From contig JAYWIR010000048.1 of NCBI GenBank assembly GCA_036172245.1, positions 1,054,001 to 1,118,000 of the forward strand: a DNA stretch of 64,000 bases, given 5' to 3'. The notes under the pieces were generated by a model. It had not been told where the DNA came from and searched no databases. It saw nothing but the letters and a program-made list of their open reading frames with translations. Origin of the DNA: Raillietiella orientalis (Eukaryota). The translations under genes and the position numbers were made by a program. Within the stretch, counting starts at the first letter, position 1; each line of letters opens with the position of its first letter. Below, piece by piece: positions 36,681 through 50,099 of the stretch.

Positions 36681-39600
36681 GGACGGCAACGCAGAGTCCT
36701 TGCTTTTCGCGTTCAAGGAACGGATCTCTAGCATGTGTTGAGTGTGATCCCTTGGCGGGGCACGTTCCTGGAGGCGTCCCGGTCGCACGTTCCTCTCGCC
36801 CGTCGTTCCCGCCGTGTCCAGGAGAGACGAGGATGCGGCCGGTTGGTGCACGAAGTGAGGGAGGGGGTCACAATCGTCAGACTGCAAGGTGGCGGACGGT
36901 TCCCCCGTGCACTGGCGGAGGACGGCGGAGAGAAGGTACCCACCTTCGAGCATGCGCAAAGCTCGCCTCGCCCCTCGGCGCCACCAGCCGCCAGTCACGA
37001 GTTCCGGTCTGCACGCCAACAGCATGTCTTCTTCCTTCCTCTCCGGATGTGACCTGCGCACCGCGACTTCCGAGTTCTTCGAGGGGCCGTTGCGGATGAA
37101 CCCGCCGCTGCGCCGTTTCCCGAAAATAAACACAAAGGTGAGGAGAGGCGTCTCAGGGAAGCCTCCAGCCGTTGATGGTCCCTCAGCCCGAGGCGCACCT
37201 GAGCTCAAACGAAGAGCTGCAGAAGACACCCGCACGGAGGACGCCGACGCGGTTCTTCAGACGCACGTGTCTCTTCCCGTACGGCGCGACCTTCCGTCCC
37301 TCCCTGGGGCGCCCGTCGGAGCCCCTCGGTTGCCCCCGAAAGGAACAGAACTCCAGCCGCGAGCCAACGGATGCGAGTTCGCTCCGAATCGGAAGGTGAC
37401 CGGAGAGTGGGGTGCCGTGGGGCCGGTCGAATTCCGTCTCCGCCCTCGAGGGCCGGGGAGCGAAAGAAGCGACAAGCGGCCGGGCGGCGGCGGAGAGCGC
37501 GTGGGGATGGCGGGTGAACCCAGGAGCGAACAGCGGGATGCGAAGGGGAAGGGGGGACGGCTGATAAAGGCGGAGAGGCAGGCGAAGGTGATTACGGCGT
37601 AAGTGAGGAGAGGAAGGGAAGGAGGGAGAGGAGAAAGGGAGAAGGAGAAGGAGGAAGAGGAAGAGAGAAAACAGCCGAACGCATCCTTTTCAAGGCCGTG
37701 CGCGCCAGGCGTTCACTCACGCCTGCCCGTCCACGCGTGTATGCATGCGCGTGTTCCTCCCCTAGTCTCTGCACTCCCTGCTTCGCGATGGCTCGAATCC
37801 GCGCGATTCCCTCCGCTCCTTCTCCCTGTCGCGGAGGTTAGTCGGGAACGACGTGCGGAGGAAGGTCCATGCTCGGAGGAAAATGCAGCCAATGCTTTCC
37901 CTTCTCATGGGGCGTTTTCTAGGCAATTCCGAACACCCGATTGGGACATGTGGACGCGGGGTGAGAAGGCAGTGCTCGCTCCACAAGACCCTGCCTCTCT
38001 TAGAGGTTCCTCGCTCCATTCCTGCACCCTGGAGATGTCTCTGGGGTCTCCCTAGAGAGGTGGGGATGGAGCCAGCACGTACCAGCCGTGGAGGCGTCCG
38101 AATGGTGCCAGCATCCGTCTGGAGGATTTAGACTTCCTCCGTTAAGAGGAACCATGAAAGGCGCTGCCTATAAGGGGTGGGGGTGCGTTGGATTTATGCT
38201 TAATTCCGTTGGTCAAGTCCCTTTCTTTTCGCCTCAAGGCATCACGGAACAGGAAGGTCTCGAGCCGGAGGAAAAGGGCCGGAGGAGGGAAAAGGAAGAC
38301 GGGATGGAGCTTACCGGGGAGTCGCCTCTCTTCCCATCCGTTCCGGTGACGACGTCACTCCTGAGCTCATTCATCCCTCTGAGTGTTGCGGATGGGAAGG
38401 GGAGGGGAAGATATACACCAGGTAAGGGAGGTCTTCCCTTCCCCTGGATTCGGAATGTGCGCCATCAGCGCAGTTGGTTTCTGAGGGCTCTCCCTATGTG
38501 TCCCAGGGAGCGAAGGGCGCAATCCTGGAGCAAGCTGTACACGGGTGCTAGTCTGCAATGACAGCCTCTGAACGCTGGGTCGAGGCGCCCACTGCGACTC
38601 CCCATCCGATTCCGTTGCTATGGACGGAGCGCAGTCAACGGCCCGTTCGCCGAAGCACCGGCGACCCTGAAGGTGAGCGGCGCAAAAGCGCAGGGCGTGT
38701 ACCCAGCCGCGCTCCTGCCTTCCGGTGTCAGCGTCCTCTGGAGGGCAGCAGGCTCCTCAGTTTTCCGAGCCGCCTCCAACGGCGCAGGTACTAATAGTGG
38801 CGCCTTAGCGCGCCAGTGGCGCTGTGAAGGCATGGTCCGTGCGAAACGGCCCGGGAGGAAGGCTCCAGTTGATCTCCAGAGGATGGAAAAGGCGATGGCC
38901 AGAACTGCTCTGGGCCTCCAAGGGAGACGCGGGCCAGGAAGCGCCGTCTTCCCACGGACCTCGATCCCGCGCGCATCTCCTCGGCATTCGGGGCCCTGGA
39001 GCAGACCGGGAAGAGCTGAGTGATTCTCCTCGAGCGAAGGAGGTCCACCTACACGCCACAGGGAAGCCGTAGGCGGAGCCCTTCTGGAAGCCAGGATGCC
39101 GCTCTGCTGCCAATGGCTACACGGTGGGGAGCAGCTTCACGGTGGGCGCCCCCCGGAGACCCACTGAAGGGGTGTGCCTCGCGGCTCCTGAAGGACCAAC
39201 AGCCGTCTTCCAGTCCCTCCGCGCTTAGGCATCAGGAAGAGCAGCAGCGCACTCGCCCCAGGAATGATTCCGCGCGACCCAAAGGCCTTCTCCCCTCCTT
39301 CCTCAATGTCCGGCCCGAGAGTCAGGACACCCGCTAGGGAATTTCGAAATCACGTGGAGACAGCGGTGATCCTCCGAGAACCAGCCTCAAGGAGGGAAGT
39401 CGACCCTCCAAGGGGATCCATCCCGCAGTTCTCTCTTTCCCTGGCTGGAGAATGAGGGATTCTCAGTCGATCCGGCCACTGCGTGTGACGCGGAGGAGGA
39501 GGAAGGAGGCGGAGCGCCCCTGCCGTCGGGGCGGTCGTCCTGGATGGCGAGGAAACCCAGGAAACACGGGATCCTCTTCCCTCCCTCCCTTCCTTCTTGC

Positions 39601-42049
39601 CCTCTTCCTCCTCCCTTCCTCCTCCTTCTCTTGCTCGCATTCTCTCTTTCCTTCCTCCTCCTTCTCTTCTTCCTTTCGTCCTCCTTTTCATTCTCACCGT
39701 CGCAGGTCCGCCGAGGAGTTCCCGGCTGGAGAACGGGGGCGTACCGACCTCTGCGATGCCTCTCGTCAGCGGCGCGCTCTGCCGCCCTACGGGAAGCCTC
39801 TGGAGGTCATGACGGCTGCCGCGGGCGACTCTCCACCTCCCTCTGCCCTGCTCGTCCTGGAGCGCGGTCGCATCCCCTCCCCCTCCGGCCCCTCCAATTA
39901 ACCGGCGGGAGCACTCCTCAAGCCGCTCCATCGAGGACGACTCCCTAATGAATTTATGATTTATTGAGGGGTTTTGGAGGTTGTTTGGGTCCGTTTCCCG
40001 AGCTACCGGGCGTCGGGGATGTCGCGGTCCTTCGTCTTCCTCGTTCGCGCTCACCGTGTCCCTGCCGCCGACGCCTGGAGTTCGATCTCCTCTCCCTGTT
40101 CCTCCTTTTTCTCCCTCTTGTTTGTGTGTTTTCTTTTCCTGCTGTTCCCGAGGACCTCAGAGGAATCGATGAAGAGCACGCGCGTGCCCCGGCACCTACC
40201 CGGTTACCCAGGAAACGGCGGAGGACACGGCCAAAAGATCTGGCCCTCGCCGCCCGCCCTTCCGCCCACCCCGGTGCTTCCCCGAGCTGCGTGGCAGTGT
40301 TGCCTGCCCTTCCTCTTCCCCGCCCCCCGTCTCTTCCCAGTAGCGTGAGAGTGGCACCAAACTCTCCAACAAACTCTCTTTTGGGGAAGGGTGGGGCAAG
40401 GGAGGAACCAGGAGGCGGTGAAAAGGCGAGGGACGTCTTTCCTGGATCGTCGGGCCCTTCGCAGGCGAAGCTGAAAAAACACCCGCCACTGCTGTGGGAG
40501 CTGCCTCCTCCGGCACCTCCCAGTGACGTCAAGGCATGCCGGAAGCGCTGCCTTGCAAATGTCCCATGCAGAAACGGTGCCTCAGCCACAGGGCAGGGGC
40601 ACTTGGACTCAACGTGGCAGCCCATACCTACGAGGATCTCTGCGATCGAAGAGAAGAACTTCTTCGGGACGGTCCCCAGGTGACCTCTGGATAGGATGAG
40701 GAGACAAAAGATTGATTCGTCGGCACTCAGAGGTGGACGCGATGGACGGATGGTGCGCCGAGGTCGCCGATCCGAAGGCGACCCAGGGACATTGAGGAGT
40801 TGAATGAAAAACACCGTAGGAAAGAGGGCTTTGCTGGGAGATCACCGGGCGAGTTGGCCGGTGGAGTGCGCCGGACGAGATGCACAGTGAAGAGCGCAAA
40901 GGTCACAGGGATGAGAAGAGGGATTCCAGTCATCCCCCAAATGGGACCCCTCACGGAGCATCCGTCAGGTTCTTCCTACGGATCTTTGGCAGACGGGAGA
41001 TCAGGAACAGCAGCCTCTTCCCGTGTCTGAAGACACGGGAAGACCCACCACCACCTGGAGGAGGATTCAAGAACTCCCAGCTCCCTACATTTCCAGGAAG
41101 GGATCCAACATTCTCAACTCAGACTGGGCACTTCTGTCCAAAAGATCCCGGCGAATCGGTCGTCATGGCAACGATCCCGAGCCTCTCGGAAAGCGGGGCA
41201 CCAGCAGACACCCTGAAGTTCGGAAGCGAGGAGCGTGGTCCTTGCTCGAGATTCCGGTGTACTTAGGAGATGTCCACGGGACCGACCGAGGTGGGAGGTG
41301 GACTGTGTGCTTGGCGTGGACCCGACACGCCTCCCCTCTCTCGACATTCTTCCCATTCCTCGGTAAACATCCGCGCGAGGGGCTCTGCGTCCCGGGCAGG
41401 AATCGAGAAGCGGGAAGCACCCGAGATCGGGGGGCGACTCGATCGGATCGTGTCCCCAGCAGAGGAAAAGGGCGTTCCCGGTTCAACCCAGTCGTCTCCC
41501 TCCTTGTGAAGCCTCGCGGCCGCATGGGGACCGGACGACCTGGAGGTGGTTTGCGGATCGCGTTCAGACTTGGCACGCCGTAGCGTCAAGTCTGGATGCA
41601 CTGGTGGGATGGTGGTCATCCTGAGCCCCTCCTCGCCATAGGCGCGTCCACGCGAGCAACCCGCTGAAGCGTCTGTGGACGAGGCAGGAGGTGGACGGGT
41701 CTTCGTTTCGCCTCGAAGAGGGCGGGGCGCAAGAAGGGTTGCGGTCCTGAACTGAGTCCACTCGAGAAGATCCTCGGGGGAACGAGACATATTGGGGATT
41801 AGGTCGAGTGGAAATGTGTGTATGTGTGTGGACCCCACTGCCGCTTCCCTGCCGATCAGCCTGCGGGAAGAACGGCCATCGCCCGGAACAGTGAAGCGCA
41901 CCAGGTTTGCGCGCCACGCTACCCGCAGGGGAACATCGTGCCGGGAGTGAGCGCTCGGAGTGGATGGCGGATACTCTGGGACCACAGTCACGCGGCGCAC
42001 CCAGGTGCTGCTTCTGACTGAATAGATGGCCGTCCACGGGAGCAAGAAC

Positions 42050-42460
42050 CAGGTCTCTTGAGGTTACGAAGTCTGACCGAATCTTCAAGAGCGGTCGACA
42101 ACGGGATGAAAGTCTGGAGAATATGGTAGTTGAACTGCTGTCGCTCTTGATGGCGTCCAAAAACGATAAAAGAAATGAATGATTTGATCTCTCCCTCTCT
42201 TTCGTTTTTTTCTCTTTCTTTTTCCAGAAATTCGGTGCGGAGAACATTCTGGGAGCTTCGGAACAAATCGAAGAAGAAAGCAGCTCTGCAGGTTGTCAGG
42301 ACGGTGAGACATGGATTCTTCTACGAAGACCGGTGCGCTGGACAGAACTGACCTTCGAAGCATCCCCTCCTCAAAGACGAACAAGTTGTGGATCCATTCA
42401 TCTGTCTCGAGGAACCCCGTGCTTCGTCCCATGAAGACGACATCAAGAGGAACCACCGCC
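42050..42460 (-). mobile_element. Tc1/mariner-like transposase C-terminal remnant
   Basis: LPYSPDFHPVVD resembles the conserved YSPDLxPxD motif. Confidence 0.35.
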
Positions 42461-42949
42461 TTCGCCAGAGGCTACCTGCACCAGGGATCCGTGCACACGG
42501 AAGGTCTTCTTTGCTCCTTCCCATCCAGTTCCTCGTAGGATGTCCCTGCATTTGAGGATCCGGCCGCTTGGGGAGCATCCTCAGCAGGTGCACCAGAGCC
42601 ATGACTCACAAAAAGTAGGTGGCCCAAACCAAGAAGTTCGTGCTGAAACACTGAGGATTGGTGGCCGCCAGCCAGAACGCCCCGAGCACGAGAAGATGGG
42701 CCAAATGTAGCGATAGCAAGGATCCGAGCTTCAACATCCTGACTGCTATCTGCCACTAGAAGTGAAAGTGAGACTCCTACGAAAATTCAGCAAGGTGTGT
42801 ACAGTATCACCATGACCCCTGATCATGCTAACTGTATACACCTTGCGACTTTACGACCTCCATTAACATGCAGAAAGCGATGTTTTTCATTTATATCACC
42901 GTCACTGAGATTTGGTATCAATACAGGAGGCTTGGCATGGTTTTCCTTA

Positions 42950-44340
42950 CTCGTTCTAACCTATTTCTCCCCAGAGGCGGTCCTTTCCTGGACTGACCGC
43001 AGTCATATCTCCTACTCCTACAGTACTCGCCTCCCTTGGACGAACTTGCTGATAGAAAAAAGGCAAATCTTCCGGGCGCATTCATCGGAGTGCTGAAGCT
43101 GGGAATTCTCGGTGTTTGCCGCGAGATGCTTTAGTTTTGGAGGATGAAGAGGTTTCGAGAAATCTGCAGTCTCCAAACAGAGAGACGGGAGATGCTGCGC
43201 TCGAAGATACCGCAGCATCCTTGGAATGGGCTGCTCTCGAAGATATCACCTCAAGCCCTCGTTCTGAAAACGTGGTCTCCAGAACTCTCGCTCAGGGATG
43301 GAAGGGCCTTCAAAAATCGCAGCCCCATCATGAGGGTAAGATGAAAAGATCATATCAAGCAAAGGAGAAGATGGGAAATTCAGAGGGCCAGGAAGCAAAC
43401 GGAGATCTGCATGCCCACGGATCGAACGGATGTCTGGACCTGGCGACTTGGAGAACGAGGCCGGCGCCTTAGCAACGGTCAGCCTCCTCGAGCTGCTAAC
43501 GTTGCGCATCCAGCCGCTCTGGACATCTCTTGGCAGTCTCTTGTGAGACTCCTTGTACGACGGCAGCAGAAACAACTCCACCGCCACCTACCGGAGGGAG
43601 CATTGAAGTAACATTGCTTGAAGACGTCGTTGTTGGGCGTTTGAGCAAAAGAAGACTCTGCTAAAAAGTGCGATTTGCCGCAAGAAGACGAACCCGTTGG
43701 GCACGCCCATCAAGGGATTTTTCAGAGTAAAAGAAGGAAAAGCGCTCGCCCTGAAAGTCGCTCCCCCTTGTGAGAGGTGAAGATTCGGGCACAGCGCCTC
43801 TTTGCCTTGTGGGGCGCTGCCAGGTCCCAGATCCTCTTGAAAGACTTGGTGGCTCCACGTCAGGACGCTGGCTTGGGCATCCCGACCATGGACAAGATCG
43901 GACTGCAGGTTCACTTCGGACTTCGCTTCCTCTGTGGAAAACTGATCCTCCCGTTGGTGTGTTCCAGCACCCCACATCCTTCAGCGACTCGTTGAGAGCA
44001 CAGGACTTCTTTCTCTGCTGCCGCGCAACCTACTCGGAGGACTAGTTTCAGCTACCCTCTGTGGCATCTGTCCTCGTCATTGCTAGCCCATCCGTGGGTC
44101 TCTTGCAGCCCCATAAACTGGAATGCCTGGCGGCAGGAATCACTGGAGCACTGGGCTGACACTTGGGAAGTGCGCCCAGAAAAAACTGCGATCGCTGCAG
44201 GATCTCCTACACAAACCACTGGGAGGTCTCCTGCAGGATTGGACGCAATGGTCCAGATTAGCCGTCTCAGCCCTTGCTGCAGCACTCTCCGCTCTCAGGG
44301 CAAGCAATGACAGCAGCCGAACGGCGGGGTGAGAGTTCTG
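42950..44340 (+). mobile_element. Decayed LINE ORF2 remnant (post-endonuclease and post-RT segments)
   Basis: LWGAARSQILLKDLVAPRQDAGLGIP parallels QWGAGRSTVRLKDLCAPRKDDGLDL at 56.8 kb; LVLEDEEV resembles the post-endonuclease LLxDEEF segment; many frameshifts. Confidence 0.55.
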
Positions 44341-44458
44341 CAACACTGCAGCAGTTGAGAAACTCTTGACCGACTGCACGACGAGCGAATTGGTTGGTGG
44401 ACGGCGCCACTCCTCGTTTCCAGGAAAAGGGACTCCTTGGGTGGAGCGACCTACTTAG

Positions 44459-45650
44459 TTTAACACCCGGTAACGCCGGGGCGTTTATTAGAAAAATAAT
44501 AAACATAGATGTCTAGGGCGATCGGCCCTACATTGTCCGAGAATTCTCGGAACCTGCCGAGTAACCGCTACTCAGGCCGGCGAGGTTCGTCTCGGCAGCG
44601 GGGGGGAAAGGTGTAAGCGAAAACAAAAATAAAATAAAAACCAATAAGAAAAAACTCCGGGAGGGTTAGAGAAGAGATCACTGGGATCGTGAGAGCGTCC
44701 TCTACATCCGTTCCAGGATGCTGGCAAGTTCCATCCGAGTATGCACCAAGTGGGGCCCTCCGCAGAAAGCGCAGGGTGAAGCAGGTGGCATCCCTATCAT
44801 GCCGTCCTCCTCTCGCGTAGCTCCAGGACGTCACAATCCCACGTAGGCAGCAGCAAAGAGCTGCTGGTGATGCGGCAGGCGAAAGGACATCGCACAGAAG
44901 AGGCGCTTCAACAATTCCCTGGGACTGTCCTTTGATGCCCCAATGACCCTTGCATAACTCAACCGCAGGGGACAGAGGACAACACAGTCTACAAGCAGGT
45001 GCGGGAGGGATTCCCGTTCCCCACACCTGCTGCCGACTCGGGCCACTTCAGAGGAATGCCCGGTTCTTATTCAGTGCTTGGAGCCACTCGAGGTCTTTCT
45101 ATGAGATTCCCAGCAGCTCACTTCAGCGCTACAGTCCTTTTTGTGGGGCACTTGGGGTCGCAGCGTCCCCGAGATGACCCTTGGTCCAGCCACCTATTCC
45201 TTCTCTCGGCCCGAGATTTCACAACGGACTTCCCATTTGGCCGGCTGGTTGCTGCCCAGATGCTACCTGAGGGAAGGCAGCGCCGCGGCTAGTGAGGTTC
45301 CTTGCGCCCACGCACGCGTGGTGGGCTGCACGATGACGTCCTTCAGCGAGCGGTTGCTGTAACAAGAGTGCAACAGTCTCCACCGCAACTCCAGACTCGC
45401 TTCGTTGTTTGTGGTACACGTGCGGATGGTTTCCTGCAACCAAGCACTACCGCCCGCGGGTCGGCAGGAGATACAGGTGTTGGTTCTGGTCAGCTTGGCC
45501 ACTTACCGGAGCTCCAGTCCGCAGTGGGACACGTTGCGTCTGCGCCGCCGCTCCAGGAACGAAGACAGTCCCGCGTAGCCGTTGGCTCGCTTGACCAGGT
45601 GTCGTGCGGGCTCGCACCAGTTCGTGCTCCAAAGATTCGCCACTAGGGCA
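44459..45650 (-). mobile_element. 3' fragment of the L1/Tx1-like family
   Basis: KWEVRCEISG, DAATPSAP, PLKWPES, SRCGERESLPHLLVDC, PAASPAALCC motifs; terminal AATAAACGCCCCGGCGTTACCGGGTGTTAA. Confidence 0.8.
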
Positions 45651-45659
45651 AGTGTCCTC

Positions 45660-46503
45660 CAAGGGAACCGTTGCTCAGGAGCTCCAGCGTCAGGAGGCCG
45701 AGGCCTCTGTCGCGACACGGAGCTCACAAGTCCTTCAGGCGGACTCGGGACCTCCCTGCTTGCTGACCTGCTTGGTGCCCCCGAAGAACTCATGGTCCCT
45801 TTCCTCTGCGTGGACACCTCCGTGTGCCCACTGAGATGGAAACGAGGCGTTCTGCTGTTTCTGCACTGGGGATTTCAATGCAATCAGCGCAGACACCTGG
45901 TTGCCAGAGGAGTTGCCTCCCCGAACTCTTCCAGGTGCGGGGCGATGGAATCGCTTCCGCACCTTTTGCTGGAATGCAGAAACCTCGAGGACTTAAGGCG
46001 GAGACTCGCTTCGGCGCTCCGCCGGCCGCAGGACACTGCAACGGACTTGCTGAGACAATTCTTCACAGAAAGTGGACTACAGAAGGACGTTCTGATCGCA
46101 ACGAACTGTCTCATCCGGGCCATAGTGACAATCCGCCATGTGTCGAAATCAAGTTCGTGTCGAAGAGAGTCCACCACTATGGCAGCAGCCCTCTTGAGGA
46201 CAGCAGCAAGGTGGCCCCATCTTCCAGAAGTCTTCAAGAAGATCGCTACCATCCACAGCCGCTTTTGAAGAGGAAGAAACATCAAATGCCAAATACCCCT
46301 GTCCCCACCTTCCCGTCTGTTTTTATTTATTTATTGTGCCCTCTCTCCGTTTCCTACTTTTTGAAAGCCGACCTGCGTGCCGGTCGTTATCCCGAATAAA
46401 CTTTTTTTTTTGGCATTTCCTGTTTTTGGAGGGGATGCCCTTCTTCCCTTCTAACTTGTGGTTTATTTTTTAAAATAAACGACCCGGTGTCACCGGATTA
46501 AAA
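45660..46503 (+). mobile_element. 3' fragment of a related L1/Tx1-like subfamily
   Basis: ORF PLRWKRGVLLFLHWGFQCN...SRCGAMESLPHLLLEC...AARWPHL; ends AATAAACGACCCGGTGTCACCGG. Confidence 0.78.
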
Positions 46504-48539
46504 TTTCGTGTGAAAGTTTCTACCACCTACAGCACTGGAATAGGCAAGGAGGAGATAGGAAAGCAAACATCGAGACTGGCAACCCAGCACGACCTAAGGT
46601 CGTGCTGAACTCTTCGTACAAGTCTTCCACACGCGAAGGCTCAACTCCAGAGGTGGATAGCAGTCAGGGTGTTGAAGCCCGGATTCTTGCTACCTCCAAG
46701 TTCGGCTTCTTTGATCCCCCTTCAAGTGAGTGCTCTCCACGATGAGGGCTCTCGAATCTCGAGATGCGGGAGACGACGGAACACCGGGAGAAACTGCCTG
46801 GCCGTTCCAGCAGGAACGGCAGAGGAGCTGCAAGCACGGTGGACATTTGTGGGTGCCATTTGTGTAGGCCAGGCAAGGAAGGGAACGGACTGGAAACAGA
46901 CAGAGCAAAAAAAAAGGCAACAGAGTCGGAATCACACATGCAGTGCTCCTAGGATGGGAAAGAAACTTACGAAGCGTAGGTCGGCTCACCACCACTCACA
47001 ATGAAAGAACTTCAAAGAACCCAAAACCCCAAAGGAAGGACAGGCTGAGATGGTGGGAGCTCCCTTTTCTGCGCTTCTCCCGGATTCCCATTAATAAGTT
47101 TCGTATAATTTTACCACTAATATAAATTTCCCTTCTTTTCTCAGCCGGAGACGAGCCTCTTCATCCATCGCATCGACAGTGAGCGAGCAAGAGAATCCAG
47201 ACGGCAGCGGAGTGGTAGCAGACGAATGGGCCGCGCCGTGGCTCCACTGACAGGTCATCCATTTGCCGGAAACCAAAGGAGAGGCGCTTCCGTCTTTCGT
47301 CCGCTCGGTAACCGCGACTTTTCTAGGAGGAAGATTCCGCTCTCCGCAGCCCGGTCCTGGATGTTTTGCAGTCTGCCGACCCCTCCTCGAGCTGGGGCTT
47401 CGCCCTCCAAACCGACCGGCACTCTGGGGGGGGAAGGCCATCCTCGAGGAATAATGTGGAATGTTTGTGGACCAGAGACTTCGGAGGGGGAGGACTACTG
47501 GCTGCCGTGGCGCCTGCGCTGCTGCAGCTGTTCTGACCGGCCCCATGGGGGCAGGGGCGGCAGACGACGAACAACCGCGTGGGCGCGCTCGTCGTCCTCC
47601 CGAAGCGCCGTGTCGCCTTCTCTCTCCGACTCCACAGCAGCTAAGATGCGGAGGCCTGGCGAACTCGAGCACCGAATCTCAGGAGGAAGGCACCATCCAG
47701 CGCGGACCACCTCTTGACCTCAGGCGCGACGCACCTCGCGCTTTGCTTCAGGACGCTGTCCGGACATGGAGGGAAAGGAAGGTGCGCACGAAGGACGTAA
47801 CGAACCCGGATCAGCATCCGCGCAACCGGCCACAGGAACTACGCTACAGCATGGGTGCGAAATCGAAAAGAGACGGAAGGTCAGCATCGATGGGTTCCGC
47901 CCGTTTCACGGAACCCACGGCGCACGTTCAAGGAAGTCCCTCCCTAAAATGCAGACAAGTGGGTCGCTTGAATATCCCGGGAGTGGCACGCAGCTGGCGG
48001 AGCTGCGAGCGCCTGAGAGCAAGCGGTCCCCTGCGGTCACTCGAACGAGAAAGCGTCTTGCAGGAATTTCAACGGGAAAAGCGGGCGTCTTCTCTGGAGA
48101 TTCCTCGAGCCACCCGTGTTCCCGATAGGGCGGCGCCCGTCCTTGCGAGACGCATCCCCTTCCGACCTACGAACGGTTACCTACGGGTGTCTTCCATCCC
48201 TCCGTGGTTTCGACTCTGCCACTCCAGCTGGAAAGACCAGGCAGTTCACTGCCGAGTTTTCCAGCTGCGTCTCTCAGGCTCTTGACTTGCACAGGAAAAA
48301 GACAGTTCCTAGGGTCCTCCTTGACCTTCACGAGTTTTACCCCGTCTCCCGTTTCCAGATTCCGAAAGTCATAACGAAGATAGCTTGAGACCCTTTTCAT
48401 TCCTCCTTTTGAGCCTCGATTGACCCTGCCTGCCCAAACCCCTGAACCGAGAAATCTCAATTCACGCGCCTTCCGAGCGTCCTCGCTGCTCTCGGAGAGC
48501 ATAACGCCCGAAGATGCACCAGGAGAACCCTAAATGGCC

Positions 48540-48705
48540 CTCGGTGGCGGCAGCGTGGCTGAGGTCGCCGCTCGAGGCACCGACCGTCGCGGGTTCGAAT
48601 CCCCACGTGGAGGAATGACGCCGAGAAGGCGGAGTGCGTCGTGGGTTTTCAGTTCTCCCGTAAGATGACGCTGGTTGGACTTAAGGGCTTCGGGTCCGGC
48701 ACTGG
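48540..48705 (+). mobile_element. SINE 5' head (tRNA-like Pol III promoter), interrupted by a LINE fragment
   Basis: A-box-like TGGCTGAGGTCG and B-box GGTTCGAATCC, followed by family motif GTGGGTTTTCAG..AAGATGACGC..GGCACTGG. Confidence 0.7.
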
Positions 48706-49540
48706 TTGACACCCGGTCCCTCCGGGGCGTCTATTTATAGAATAAACATCCATGTCTGTGACATGGCGTTTGTCCTGTCACGTTACTCTCAACTAGGAGA
48801 AGGAACCTGCCGGGAACAGGCACGCCGGCCAGCGGGATTCTCCTCGGCAACGCAGGTGGAGGGGAGACAAACAAAAAGAAGAACATAAAACAAAAAAACA
48901 TTTAGTCAAAAAAGTCGGGAAGGGGGGGAGGTTGAGAAGGGATCACTGTGTTCTGGAGGGTGTCCTCTGCATCCTTGTAAGGATGCCGGCAAGTTCCTGT
49001 TTCAAGACTCCCAGATAAGGCCATCTTGACGCTATCTTCATGAAGAAGACAGCAAAATAGACGACGTGCCTGTCGTCCTAGCCTCCTCCGGCGTTGTTCC
49101 ATGCAGCCACGGTCCCGCCCAAGTGGACAGCAGAGCGCTGCTGGGCATGAGGCCGGCGTGAGGGCGTCGCGCAGGAAGAGATGCTTTACAATCTCTCTGG
49201 CATTGCCGCCGAGGGCTCCAAGGGTCGCGGCCAAGCGTCTCCAAAGGAGCCGGAGGGCAACACAGTCCACTCGGAGGTGCGAGAAGGATTCCCGCTTCCT
49301 GCACCTGGCACAGTTTGGGTCCACACACACACCGTGTCCAATGGTGCCGCAGGACGTTGCACAGGAGTCCCCAGTGCAGCAGCATCAATGCCGACTCCTG
49401 CCACTTCAAGGGGAGGGTACGGGTGCTCATGAACACGGGGGGCCACTGCTGGTCCTCCGGAATACCCAGTAGCACGCCCCAGCGCAAAAGTTCACGAGGT
49501 GGAACATGCGGGGTCGCAGCGTCGGTGAGCTGACCCAGAG
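48706..49540 (-). mobile_element. 3' fragment of the same L1/Tx1-like family
   Basis: PRELLRWG...PLKWQESALMLLHWGL...CARCRKRESFSHLRVDC...FLRDALTPAS aligns with 57380-57950; same 3' UTR and terminal hairpin. Confidence 0.85.
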
Positions 49541-49544
49541 ATCT

Positions 49545-49830
49545 CCTCCTTCCCTTCGGGGTTCCCTCCCAATCGTGAGAGGAACGGACTCCTTCCTCCG
49601 GAGCCTTTCTGGATTCATAGGGTGGTACCTTTGGGATCACCCACTATGGCTTGAAGGCACCCTCGGGCGACGCGGGCAGCGTTCAAGAGCTTCGTGAGCC
49701 CCCCCCCCCCTCCCTCCGAGGAGGCGAACGGTTTTTTAGCAATTGGCAAACCAAAAAAAAGAAAACCCTTCCCCCAAAAAGAACGGGAAGGGAAGAAGCC
49801 AAAACAGTAGAACCCAAAAGGATCTCCATA
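49545..49830 (+). mobile_element. SINE 3' part, continuing after the LINE insertion (middle deleted)
   Basis: GTGAGAGGAACGGACTCC, GGATTCATAGGG, GCACCCTCGGG, CAAGAGCTTCGTG, then ACCAAAAAAAAGAAAACCC. Confidence 0.7.
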
Positions 49831-50099
49831 ACCTTAAGCCGACAGCAACGACCTCTCCTTGAGGTCGCTACTGGTCTCCTCAAAAAAAAAAGAAAAATTC
49901 CAGCTCAAAAACAAACAAAACAATCAGATTCCCAGAGGTTTACAATGATGAGGTCGATGGATCTCCATGAGCTTAAAGTCCCTGCTACCGTTGTAAAAAA
50001 AAAAAAAAGAAGAAGAAAAACCCATAGGTCTGGAATACTGGATAAATCTGGAAGACATCGAGTCGTGGCTCGACGCCGACCAGCACATCTTCGGTTCTC

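Noticed and set aside
38560..41300. Further LINE-like peptide scraps (MEKAMARTALGLQGRR; FFLRIFGRR)
   Set aside because: Too short and degenerate to support a call without a profile search.
48545..48615. tRNA gene (GGTTCGAATCC)
   Set aside because: No convincing cloverleaf; continues into a repeated body, so it is treated as a SINE head.
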